The notes beneath the pieces were generated by a model that saw nothing but the letters and a program-made list of their open reading frames with translations, did not search any database and had not been told where the DNA came from. Of a DNA stretch of 64,000 nucleotides, positions 8,083-16,637 are shown one piece after another. The position numbers were made by a program, and so were the translations under genes. Source of the DNA: an uncultured Ignavibacteriales bacterium (GTDB lineage: Bacteria > Zixibacteria > MSB-5A5 > GN15 > FEB-12); contig CAYXJN010000006.1 of assembly GCA_964464605.1 (NCBI GenBank), positions 211,981 through 275,980 on the forward strand, in the 5' to 3' direction. Each line of letters opens with the position of its first letter. Positions within the stretch are counted from its first letter, which is position 1.

Positions 8083-8181
8083 AAGCGCTGCTACTGGACC
8101 CATTTCCCTTCACTGCCTTTGGTTACGTTCAACCCATAGTGAACGCAACATCAACGCTCACCCGGTAGCAGCGCTTTTTTC
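8083..8181 (+). ncRNA. candidate small RNA or cis-regulatory leader (unclassified)
   Basis: A 15-bp closing stem (aagcgctgctactgg 8083-8097 with ccggtagcagcgctt 8162-8176) is followed by a T-run. Inside it is a hairpin cgttca/tgaacg and a twice-occurring ACCCAU. Confidence 0.4.
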
Positions 8182-8315
8182 ATTTCTTTTTATCACCAAT
8201 AACTTTTTATTTGGGCTGGTTCAGGCATCATCTTCGACTTGCCCCATTGTCTGTCTGGCCGATTAGCTTGAGAGAAATTAAGTAGTATATAAAATGACAA
8301 CGCAGGAGTCTGTTC

Positions 8316-9299
8316 ATGAAATTCAGGATGACGGTATCGGCCGTTTTCGCGGCGATCAGCTTTACATTTGCGGCAATGGTATCTGCTGAAACGCCGACCG
8401 ATATTGAAAAATTCTTCACGAGTTCAAACTACGCCGACTTCACCGGAGCGTACACGTTTTCCGGAATAAATGCTGACAGTACAACGTATAGCGCCACCGC
8501 GAAACTTTCGAAATGGAATAGTTTCACAACCCAGCGCGGGAAAATGATTCAGACATTTAAGGCGGAACTCGACTACGGCAGCGGAAAATCAAACGGCGTT
8601 GCAGTTTTCGACGGCAAACGGCTGTATTATGCGGTTGGCAAAGGGGGGAATCAGAATTTCTACCTTGCGCTATTGAGCCGTTTAGTGTTAGACGACGTCG
8701 CGCTGGCCAGCATAATGCAATTCGAAAAAATGGAATGGGAACTTCTTGGCAGCGGCAAAGTTGCCCAATGGAAAGGCAAATCCCCCTGGTATGGTTACTT
8801 TGGCGCGCAAAAGCCGGTTGATGCCTTCGGGTACTATTTCCGCATGAAGGATGGTGAATGGGGGGAATGCCGTTTCAGGGAAACCGGGTTTCCAAGTGTC
8901 GAGGATACCGGCTCATATCAGCTCCTTGAACTCAAGAAAAACGGAGAACATGATGACAAGCGGGATTCGTATCGAAGAAACTATGATGAATCCGGCGGTA
9001 TTGTTTTAAAAACCCTCGGAGAAAATATTAATCTCATCATGATGGATTATGATGATGATATTAAAGGCTATAGGGAAGATTATTGGGGAACGGGACTGTT
9101 CGTTGCCGATCCGGCGGTCGGCGATAGTTTGTTGATGTGCATGGTGGGCGGTCCGGATATAACGAGCTTTGGCTGGCTTGAAATCGTGGACGGTAATTTG
9201 ACGGGGATATCGACATGGGTAGGCGGCGATGTCCGCTGCACCGAAACCTGGGTAGTCCCCGACGAAGTAAAACAAAAGAATCCGGGGTTGTTTAAGTAG
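8316..9299 (+). CDS. hypothetical secreted protein
   Basis: Signal peptide MKFRMTVSAVFAAISFTFAAMVSAE. 327 aa, and I recognise no family. Confidence 0.65.
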   Translation: MKFRMTVSAVFAAISFTFAAMVSAETPTDIEKFFTSSNYADFTGAYTFSGINADSTTYSATAKLSKWNSFTTQRGKMIQTFKAELDYGSGKSNGVAVFDGKRLYYAVGKGGNQNFYLALLSRLVLDDVALASIMQFEKMEWELLGSGKVAQWKGKSPWYGYFGAQKPVDAFGYYFRMKDGEWGECRFRETGFPSVEDTGSYQLLELKKNGEHDDKRDSYRRNYDESGGIVLKTLGENINLIMMDYDDDIKGYREDYWGTGLFVADPAVGDSLLMCMVGGPDITSFGWLEIVDGNLTGISTWVGGDVRCTETWVVPDEVKQKNPGLFK

Positions 9300-9308
9300 G
9301 GTGAGCCT

Positions 9309-9434
9309 ATGTTAGATATTTCCGGCAAGACGATGGTCGGTGTTTTGGCGATGGGCGGTGGCGACTACCAAAGAAGCGAGGAATGGGTAGTGCCCGATGA
9401 TGTTCTCGCAAAGAACCCGGCGTGGTTTAAGTAG
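9309..9434 (+). CDS. 41-aa ORF duplicating the C-terminal module of the upstream protein
   Basis: MLDISGKTMVGVLAMGGGDYQRSEEWVVPDDVLAKNPAWFK aligns with the upstream tail ...WVGGDVRCTETWVVPDEVKQKNPGLFK. It is in the same frame as 8316..9299, and both copies end in tttaagtaggg. Confidence 0.35.
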   Translation: MLDISGKTMVGVLAMGGGDYQRSEEWVVPDDVLAKNPAWFK

Positions 9435-9448
9435 GGAACTAATCGCTT

Positions 9449-10372
9449 ATGGGAAACAAAATTTCTAAAGCAGTATACTTACCATCTTTGTTGAAAGTTG
9501 TCGCTATTTGCACTCTTTTGTGCACTATATCTGAATCTGTGCAGGCAGCATGTAGTCTTATGTTTGCTAACGATAGTGCAATAGTCGTAGGTGTCGCGGC
9601 ACACACTGATTCACCATATCCTGCCCTTATACAGTTTGGCAGTCACTGCGTTGTGACTGTTAATGCAAACGGCATGGACTTTCCGTTGCAAGGAGCGAGC
9701 ATTCCAACCCAGTTTATTTTCGGTGAAGAAATGCATCTGCAGATCGTTGGTAAGATGCTGAACAAGTTTAAGCAAGGCTTGAATATTAATGACACCTCGT
9801 TTATATCAATGTCCCTAATTGCCCATGGGATTGATTCTTTGCTTGATGTTGCCTATAAAAATTACAAGAATCCGTTACCCGAACTCGGATTTATTGATAT
9901 TAAGGTCTATGGCTATCCAAAACCCGACGGCAAGTTAGAGAATAGAGCAGCTTACTTCTTGAGAAGGCTCATCGGCATGCAAATGGATAGCGATGCTCAT
10001 TTAATCGATTCGTCTTTTGGATATTTTGCAGAAGCGAGCGGCGGAAATATAGAGCCATATCAGCGAATGATGCGGGGATATGATTCACGGCTGTCATTTG
10101 CAGAATGTTTTAAACAAACCAGCCCAAATCTAGGAATGCAGAGCTTAGATTTGAATGATACTAGCAGGATAAACATTCGCGAATTCAATTACTCATTACG
10201 GAATGATCTTATGACAGAGGATGTAATGGCTGACTTCGTAGGGTCGGCACTTCGTTTGTCTAGTATTATCAACTGCTATGATTATGAGGTTATGGACACA
10301 AATAAAGTAACTATCAATATAGCAGTGCTTAAACCTTCAGGCGTTCGCTGGATAAAAAGGGACGAGCATTAG
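9449..10372 (+). CDS. hypothetical secreted protein
   Basis: N-terminal hydrophobic leader ...AICTLLCTISESVQAA. 307 aa, AT-richer than the core genes, and I recognise no family. Confidence 0.6.
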   Translation: MGNKISKAVYLPSLLKVVAICTLLCTISESVQAACSLMFANDSAIVVGVAAHTDSPYPALIQFGSHCVVTVNANGMDFPLQGASIPTQFIFGEEMHLQIVGKMLNKFKQGLNINDTSFISMSLIAHGIDSLLDVAYKNYKNPLPELGFIDIKVYGYPKPDGKLENRAAYFLRRLIGMQMDSDAHLIDSSFGYFAEASGGNIEPYQRMMRGYDSRLSFAECFKQTSPNLGMQSLDLNDTSRINIREFNYSLRNDLMTEDVMADFVGSALRLSSIINCYDYEVMDTNKVTINIAVLKPSGVRWIKRDEH

Positions 10373-10420
10373 TCACTTTAAGCCATCTTGTCAAACCCGC
10401 ATAATTTCCGTATCTTCCCT

Positions 10421-10446
10421 AATGGCCTTTAGAAGGCCATTTTTTG
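10421..10446 (+). terminator. rho-independent terminator
   Basis: aatggcctt / aaggccatt forms a 9-bp stem with loop tag, followed by tttttt. Confidence 0.75.
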
Positions 10447-10459
10447 TTAGAGCAAAACC

Positions 10460-10481
10460 ATGAAAGTACTCTCAGTCGCCC
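10460..10481. repeat. 22-bp direct repeat, left copy (identical to 11843-11864)
   Basis: atgaaagtactctcagtcgccc is an exact copy of the first 22 nt of the DUF512 CDS. Confidence 0.95.
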
Positions 10482-10493
10482 GTAAATGTATGC

Positions 10494-10526
10494 AATAAAA
10501 AAGGCAGCTGCATCAACAACTGCCTT
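10494..10526 (-). terminator. rho-independent terminator of the 10548..11666 gene
   Basis: On the minus strand, aaggcag/ctgcctt forms a 7-bp stem (10501-10507 with 10520-10526), followed by ttttattg. Confidence 0.6.
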
Positions 10527-10547
10527 ATGATAACTGCAATCTGGTTT

Positions 10548-11666
10548 TTACTTTATTGACACGCTGATTTTTGTTTCCAGTTTCTTAGCTTTAGAATCAA
10601 GCGGCACTATGGCCAATGCAAGATTGTTTAATCCGCCAAATTGGTTTAGAACCGACACCGGAACTGAAATCACTGCATCGCCGTTACTGTTTGCCTCTGA
10701 TTGTGCGATGCCAGTTAGAGTGTTTAGATCAGTAAGTAGGGCTATGTATCCCTTCAGCTTTTCTATATTGATTTGGAGTAAGCAGAGTTTTGAGTAATCC
10801 TCAGAACAGGATGGACATCCGTTTTTTCCAAAAAGATCACACGGGTTGGGAATAATAAGTGGTTCACCAGTCAATCTGATCCTGTTACCGATTAAAGAAT
10901 CACTATGTAGTTTTAAAGAGCGGCAGATAATAGGAAATGCTTTGCAGAGGTCAATTTTTCTTGGGTTCCAATTGTCATCTTCTGGCAAAGAGTTTGGATG
11001 GCAGCTTTCATAATATGCTACAACCAAATACGATTTTGCCGGATCTTTCAATTCAACTTTATTAGGCGGGCTTGGCAGCATTGGCGGGATTGAAAAGTTG
11101 GCTGCCTCGCAAGGACATTTTTTTGTCAAGTCTATCACTGAAAAGCCCAAGAAACATGAGCTATTCGTCAGCACGTTTCCATCGATAGAGGACGAAAGAT
11201 AAAGTACACCCTGTGCAACACCTGGATCAAATTTTAGTTCGCAAGGTTGATTCGGATCGGTATGTAAGCCAACAAGCGTTGCCGGATCAAACAAGGTATT
11301 TTGGCAGTCAAAGGTCGTGACGTGACTGTTTACGTTTACAGCTACAACTTGGACAATAGGTGCTGAACCCGGATGTGGCCGGGCATAATAAAGAGCCTCC
11401 TGCAAAGGACCGTAAAAGGTGTTGACTTGGAGGGGGAGCCAGCGATAGAAGCAGGCTTCACCTCTTCCGTTATCGCAGCAAAATCCTGCCCGCGTTGGTG
11501 CAATCCATTCACCATTTACAAACGGTATTTGAACATGTAGTTCTCCACATGGATGATTGAGGAGTTGGTTCGGCGCGTTTATGCAATTCCAAGGATGAAA
11601 CTGACCCATGGCGGATGAATAAACTGCAACGACCGTTATAAAAGCAGCCTTCCACAGCATTCGCAT
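10548..11666 (-). CDS. hypothetical Cys-rich secreted protein
   Basis: Signal peptide MRMLWKAAFITVVAVYSSAMG. It has more than 20 Cys residues scattered through 372 aa, and I recognise no family. Confidence 0.65.
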   Translation of the reverse strand: MRMLWKAAFITVVAVYSSAMGQFHPWNCINAPNQLLNHPCGELHVQIPFVNGEWIAPTRAGFCCDNGRGEACFYRWLPLQVNTFYGPLQEALYYARPHPGSAPIVQVVAVNVNSHVTTFDCQNTLFDPATLVGLHTDPNQPCELKFDPGVAQGVLYLSSSIDGNVLTNSSCFLGFSVIDLTKKCPCEAANFSIPPMLPSPPNKVELKDPAKSYLVVAYYESCHPNSLPEDDNWNPRKIDLCKAFPIICRSLKLHSDSLIGNRIRLTGEPLIIPNPCDLFGKNGCPSCSEDYSKLCLLQINIEKLKGYIALLTDLNTLTGIAQSEANSNGDAVISVPVSVLNQFGGLNNLALAIVPLDSKAKKLETKISVSIK

Positions 11667-11842
11667 ACTACCTCCCTTTGTTTTGAAATAATGATTTTCT
11701 GCCGCAGTACATATGCGGCATTCCGTTTGCCTCTGTCAAGGATAATCTACTAAGTAACTGGACGACGGGATAAAAATGGTGTATATTACGTACTTGCCAA
11801 AATTATGCTTTAAGGGCATAAGTTGTAATGGCACATTAACCT

Positions 11843-11864
11843 ATGAAAGTACTCTCAGTCGCCC
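11843..11864. repeat. 22-bp direct repeat, right copy (5' end of the DUF512 CDS)
   Basis: Exact match to 10460-10481. Confidence 0.95.
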
Positions 11865-13126
11865 CAGAATCGCCCTTGTTCGGCTATGTCCGTCCGGGAT
11901 ACTCCGTTGTTTCTGTCAACGGCAGTCCGGTGGAGGATACTATCGACTTTCGCTTCAAAATCAGCGAAGAGCGGATAGCCATACGTTTCGCCGACACCAA
12001 AGGGACACCGATCGACTTCGATTTCGATGAAGTCACGGCAACCGATTTAGGGATTACCCTCGATGACAGCCGAATCCGGGTCTGCAAAAACGACTGTATT
12101 TTCTGTTTTATCGATCAACAGCCAAGCGGGATGCGCAGTAACCTGTATATCCGCGACGAAGATTATCGTTTATCATTTACTCACGGCAATTTCATAACGC
12201 TTTCCAACACAACCGATGCCGATATTGAACGGATCGTAACTCAGCGCTTGTCGCCCCTGTATGTTTCAGTTCATGCAACTGATGATACCCTACGTCGATG
12301 CATGCTGCGTAATGAAAAACTTGCACCGATAGTCCCGCGCCTGAAATATCTCGGTGAAAATGGAATCACGATTCACAGCCAGGTGGTTCTGTGCCCCGGT
12401 ATCAATGATGGCCCGCAATTGGAACGGACAGTATCTGATTTGGTGAATCTTTATCCGGCGGTGGAGACCCTTGCGGTTGTGCCGGTCGGCTTGACCAAAC
12501 ATCGCGCCAACTTGCCGAAGCTACGCACCTACACCAGAGATGAAGCCCGTGCGGCGATAGATCATATCGAACAGCAACAGAAAGTATTCTTAAAAGAACT
12601 AGGTACACGGTTTGTCTGGCCAGCGGATGAATTTTATGTCATTGCCGAGCGCGACTTCCCGGCGTTGAAAGAGTACGAAACATTGTCGCAATTCGAGAAT
12701 GGTATCGGTATGGCGCGGGATTTGATTGCGTCATTTAATCGTCGTAAAAGCAAACTCAAAGGGATCAAATCGAAAAAGCGGGTGCTCATGTTCACGGCAG
12801 CATCGGCGTATCCGTTTTTGTCTAAGGACATTATGCCGTATATCACCGATACGCTCGATTTGCAGGCGGAGTTGGTTTGCGTTCCCAATAGATTTTGGGG
12901 GGAATCAACGACGGTTTCCGGTTTGTTAACCGGACAAGATATGCTCCGTGAAGCACGCAAACGAGTGAATGATTTTGATCTGTTGGTGCTGCCGCCGAAT
13001 TGTATTAACAATGATAATCTGTTTTTGGATAATCTCACCCTTTCACAATTTGAAACTGCCTTAGGCAAACCAGTACTGATTGGTCAGTACAATTTCGCCG
13101 CGACTGTCAGAGAATCCTTTTCATGA
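11843..13126 (+). CDS. DUF512 / PDZ-containing radical-SAM-like protein
   Basis: It has an N-terminal PDZ-like segment and a CxxxCxxC cluster (CKNDCIFC). It overlaps der by 4 nt, the usual DUF512-der synteny. Confidence 0.75.
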   Translation: MKVLSVAPESPLFGYVRPGYSVVSVNGSPVEDTIDFRFKISEERIAIRFADTKGTPIDFDFDEVTATDLGITLDDSRIRVCKNDCIFCFIDQQPSGMRSNLYIRDEDYRLSFTHGNFITLSNTTDADIERIVTQRLSPLYVSVHATDDTLRRCMLRNEKLAPIVPRLKYLGENGITIHSQVVLCPGINDGPQLERTVSDLVNLYPAVETLAVVPVGLTKHRANLPKLRTYTRDEARAAIDHIEQQQKVFLKELGTRFVWPADEFYVIAERDFPALKEYETLSQFENGIGMARDLIASFNRRKSKLKGIKSKKRVLMFTAASAYPFLSKDIMPYITDTLDLQAELVCVPNRFWGESTTVSGLLTGQDMLREARKRVNDFDLLVLPPNCINNDNLFLDNLTLSQFETALGKPVLIGQYNFAATVRESFS

Positions 13127-14436
13127 GCCTGCCCGTTGTTGCCATCGTTGGCCAGCCCAACGTCGGCAAATCATCCTTGTTCAATCGTTTTTTGCGTAAG
13201 CCGCTCGCGGTTGTTTCGCCGGAACCGGGGGTAACCCGCGACCGGAACTATGCCGAGTGCGAATGGAACGGACGACGATTTTACTTGGTCGATACCGGCG
13301 GAATCGTTCCGGTAAAACCGGATGAAATGGAAAAGCTGATAACCGTTCAATCCGAATTTGCCATCGAAGAAGCGGATTTAGTTTTGTTTGTCGTCGATAG
13401 CCAGCTTGGTGTAGATACTATCGACAAGCGACTCGCCCGTGAACTGCAGGCATTCGGTAAACCTTGTATTCTTGTCGCCAATAAAGCAGACACCGAAGTC
13501 GGGGATTTGAATACGCACGAGGCATTACGGCTCGGTATGGGAGAGGCGATGGCGGTTTCCGCAACCGGTGGACGGAATATCGGTGACCTGCTCGATTTGA
13601 TAATCGAAAAACTTCCGCCGAAACAGCCCGATGAAGATGATGGTGAATCGACTATCCGTGTGGCATTGGTAGGAAGGCCGAATGTCGGGAAATCATCGTT
13701 CATCAACAAATTGCTCAATGAAAATCGGCTGATAGTATCGCCGATTGCCGGAACCACCCGTGATGCTGTCGATACACCGTTTGAAATTGAGAGACAAAAA
13801 TTTGTTCTGATCGATACTGCCGGTTTGCGCAGGCGATACCGGGTCAGCGAGAGTATAGAGTTTTACACTACTCTGCGTACCGAACGGGCGATTGAAAACT
13901 GTGATGTCGCGATTGTTTTGATCGATGCCGTCGATGGATTAACAACCCAGGATCAGCGCGTGTTGGATGATGTTCTCAAAAAACGTCGCGGCGCAGTTTT
14001 AGCGGTTAACAAATGGGATTTGGTGGAAAAGGACGGCAAAACGGCGCAGGAGTTTACCAAAGCAATCGAGGGAATTTTAGCAAAGTATGCGTACCTGCCC
14101 ATCATCTATGTATCGGCAAAATCGGGGCAGCGCATTAGCAAAACGCTGACACTCGTGAAAGAAGTTGCCGAACAAACCAAACGGCGTATTTCGACCTCGG
14201 AAATGAACCAATTTTTGGGGAAAGTCGTAGCGCGAAAACATCCTCCGGCGGTAGGGGGAAAACATATCAAATTTACCTACATGACCCAATCTGAAACGAA
14301 CCCGCCGACGTTTATCATTTTCGCAAACCATCCGGAGTTTATCGATAAAAGTTACGTTAGCTATTTACAGAACCAGATCCGTGAAGTTTTCGGCTTTGCG
14401 GGGGTTCCGTTCCGCTTGAAATTCAGAAAAAAATAG
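13123..14436 (+). CDS. der: ribosome-associated GTPase Der (EngA)
   Basis: Two G domains are present: GQPNVGKSS...DTGG...NKAD and GRPNVGKSS...DTAG...NKWD. A KH-like C-terminus follows. Confidence 0.95.
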   Translation: MSLPVVAIVGQPNVGKSSLFNRFLRKPLAVVSPEPGVTRDRNYAECEWNGRRFYLVDTGGIVPVKPDEMEKLITVQSEFAIEEADLVLFVVDSQLGVDTIDKRLARELQAFGKPCILVANKADTEVGDLNTHEALRLGMGEAMAVSATGGRNIGDLLDLIIEKLPPKQPDEDDGESTIRVALVGRPNVGKSSFINKLLNENRLIVSPIAGTTRDAVDTPFEIERQKFVLIDTAGLRRRYRVSESIEFYTTLRTERAIENCDVAIVLIDAVDGLTTQDQRVLDDVLKKRRGAVLAVNKWDLVEKDGKTAQEFTKAIEGILAKYAYLPIIYVSAKSGQRISKTLTLVKEVAEQTKRRISTSEMNQFLGKVVARKHPPAVGGKHIKFTYMTQSETNPPTFIIFANHPEFIDKSYVSYLQNQIREVFGFAGVPFRLKFRKK

Positions 14437-14520
14437 TCGGATTTACAACTGTTCAAATGCTGGACAGCGAAAGCGGGGAAACCAGCTAACGCTTTATGGC
14501 GCCGTGTCGATATTTGCACT

Positions 14521-15816
14521 ATGCAAGCTCGACAGAACTTAGAACGATTGTATGAGCTTGAGGGGAAGCTCGCTGCAAAGAAAGCTGAATTGCGTGATCT
14601 CGCCACGATGGGGGCGGTGATTACCTCCATTCAGGAGGTTAACTCAATCCTTTCCGTCGTCATGGATATGGCGGTACCGATGGTTGGCGCCGAAGTCGGC
14701 GCTATTCTTTTGCAGGAATCAGGCGACTTAAAGCCGAAAGTTAGCTGGGGGATCAGCGATGAACTGGTTCGTTCGCTGGTGCTGCACGAGGGAATCGATC
14801 TCCCAACTTTCTGTTTTAACAACCGTGAAGCAGTAATCCTGAACAATATCAATCTCCGCAACAATCGCGGAATAGTCATCCATTCCTGCATCTGCCTGCC
14901 GATTCAGACATCGAAAAAAGTATTCGGTGCCGTGTTGATGATCAACAAAACCGACGGCGGTGGCTTTACCGAGGAGAACGAAGAAGAGCTGGAAATGCTC
15001 TTGAACTTCGTTGCCGTGGCTATCGACAACTCCAATCTCATTCGGGAAAAACTCGAAACGCAGAAAATGGAGCAGGAGATGATTATCGCCCGGCAGATTC
15101 AGGAGACGATTCTCCCGCAATCCATCGAGCGTATTCAGGGCGTTGATTTAGGCGTGCTCTTTTTCCCGGCGCGTGAAGTCGGTGGAGATTTTTACGATAT
15201 CGTACCGATTTCCGATTCCCGGTTTATCGTGGCGGTCGGCGATGTTTCCAATAAAGGTGTTCCGGCAGCGCTCATCGTGTCGGCAATCGTCGGCATCATG
15301 AAAACGATTATCCAGATGAACCCTGAAATATCGATGTCTGAGTTGGCGACTCGCTTGAATGTTTTGCTCTCCCGCGAAATTATCAAAGACAGGGATATGT
15401 TTGTCACGCTTTTCCTGGGTGACTTTGATTTAAAGGCCAAAAAACTTTCGTATTGTAATGCGGGTCATCTGCCGGGACTCTTTTGGGATAACAAACAAAA
15501 AGAGGTTTGTCATCTCGGCACCTGCGGTCCGATTATCGGCCAGTTCGACGAAGCGAAATTCAAATTGGGTGAACACCCGATTGCCGTCGGTGACAAGCTG
15601 CTTATCTACACGGATGGTCTCACCGAAGCGGTGGATATTAATAACCGGATGTTCGGTCAGGAACGGTTGGAACAGGTGTACAGTTCAGAGCTCGGATTAT
15701 CTCCTCAGGCTTTCTGTCAGAAAGTTCGGGAATGGGTTGATAGATTTACGGTCGGCACTTCTACGGAAGAGCAGGACGACTTTACCATACTGCAAGTGAA
15801 AGTGAACCAATTATGA
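14521..15816 (+). CDS. GAF-domain PP2C (SpoIIE/RsbU-type) serine phosphatase
   Basis: The N-terminal region is GAF-like. PP2C motifs include GGDFYD, GDVSNKGVPAAL, YCNAGH and YTDGLTEA. Confidence 0.85.
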   Translation: MQARQNLERLYELEGKLAAKKAELRDLATMGAVITSIQEVNSILSVVMDMAVPMVGAEVGAILLQESGDLKPKVSWGISDELVRSLVLHEGIDLPTFCFNNREAVILNNINLRNNRGIVIHSCICLPIQTSKKVFGAVLMINKTDGGGFTEENEEELEMLLNFVAVAIDNSNLIREKLETQKMEQEMIIARQIQETILPQSIERIQGVDLGVLFFPAREVGGDFYDIVPISDSRFIVAVGDVSNKGVPAALIVSAIVGIMKTIIQMNPEISMSELATRLNVLLSREIIKDRDMFVTLFLGDFDLKAKKLSYCNAGHLPGLFWDNKQKEVCHLGTCGPIIGQFDEAKFKLGEHPIAVGDKLLIYTDGLTEAVDINNRMFGQERLEQVYSSELGLSPQAFCQKVREWVDRFTVGTSTEEQDDFTILQVKVNQL

Positions 15817-16238
15817 AAAGGGCAGAGTTTGTCTATCCGTCTGTGGGGGCTTCCGAAGACCGGATGTTTGCAGATCTGACCGGCTTTCTGGATGAAGCAT
15901 CAGTCGCAACCGAATTCCGCCATTCCATCATGCTTTCGATATCCGAAGCGTTTTCCAATGCTTTGGTGCACGGAAACCAATGCCGTCCGGAAAAGCAGGT
16001 GACTATTCGCCTGTCATTCGACGCCAATGTGTTCTATGCGGAAATCGAAGATGAAGGAAAGGGCGGGTTGGACAGACTTCGTTCGCGCAAAGCGCCGCAT
16101 CTGCTGGCGGAAAGCGGCCGCGGGATCGATTTCATTCAGCGGTATGCATCGGACGTCAATTTTGGTGAAACCGAACAGGGCGGATTGAAAGTCATGATTC
16201 GGTTCTCGTTGCAAGAAAAAAATATAGTGAACTCATAG
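15813..16238 (+). CDS. RsbW/SpoIIAB-type anti-sigma factor serine kinase (HATPase_c_2)
   Basis: N-box-like EAFSNALVHGN, followed by EDEGKG and GRGIDFI. Its size is about 140 aa, and its start overlaps the phosphatase stop. Confidence 0.8.
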   Translation: MKRAEFVYPSVGASEDRMFADLTGFLDEASVATEFRHSIMLSISEAFSNALVHGNQCRPEKQVTIRLSFDANVFYAEIEDEGKGGLDRLRSRKAPHLLAESGRGIDFIQRYASDVNFGETEQGGLKVMIRFSLQEKNIVNS

Positions 16239-16257
16239 ACTTGTCTTGGAGGAAGTA

Positions 16258-16605
16258 ATGCAGATTACACAGAAAACAGAAGGAAACGTCGTCGTCCTTT
16301 ATTTGAGCGGACGGCTTGACCTGGCCAGCGGAACCGAATTGAAAAACGAAGTTAAGAAAGTGTTCGATTCCGGCAAAAACTGCGTCCATCTGAACATGAG
16401 CAAAATCGAGTTTATCAACAGCTCCGGCTTAGGCGCGCTGGTGTCGGTGATGAAAGAAACCCGTCTTCGCAAAGGACGTTTGACCCTTTCGAATCTGGCC
16501 AACTACGTTCAGGAAATTTTCGAAATTACCCAGCTTTCGCACATTTTTGAAATCTTTCCGACACAGGAAGATGCGTTGGCTTCATTCAGCTTTACGATGG
16601 CCTAA
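16258..16605 (+). CDS. STAS-domain anti-sigma-factor antagonist (RsbV/SpoIIAA-type)
   Basis: LSGRLD...INSSGLGALV contains the conserved phosphorylatable Ser. I prefer ATG 16258, which has GGAGG 6 nt upstream, over the TTG at 16246. Confidence 0.85.
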   Translation: MQITQKTEGNVVVLYLSGRLDLASGTELKNEVKKVFDSGKNCVHLNMSKIEFINSSGLGALVSVMKETRLRKGRLTLSNLANYVQEIFEITQLSHIFEIFPTQEDALASFSFTMA

Positions 16606-16637
16606 GCTGCCCAACGAGAGGGAAGAGGGAATAGTAC

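Noticed and set aside
9449-10372. An Ntn-hydrolase (choloylglycine hydrolase-like) assignment, because a Cys (..VQAA-CSLMF..) would become N-terminal after signal cleavage.
   Set aside because: Beyond the N-terminal Cys I could not recognise the downstream Arg/Asp/Asn catalytic pattern, so the call would rest on a single residue.
10482-11842. Terminal inverted repeats that would define the 1.36-kb cassette as an IS or MITE (GTAAATGT at the left end versus ACATTAAC near the right end).
   Set aside because: Only about 7 of 8 nt match, and the right copy is offset 2 nt from the boundary. No transposase is present. The evidence is too weak to call a mobile element.
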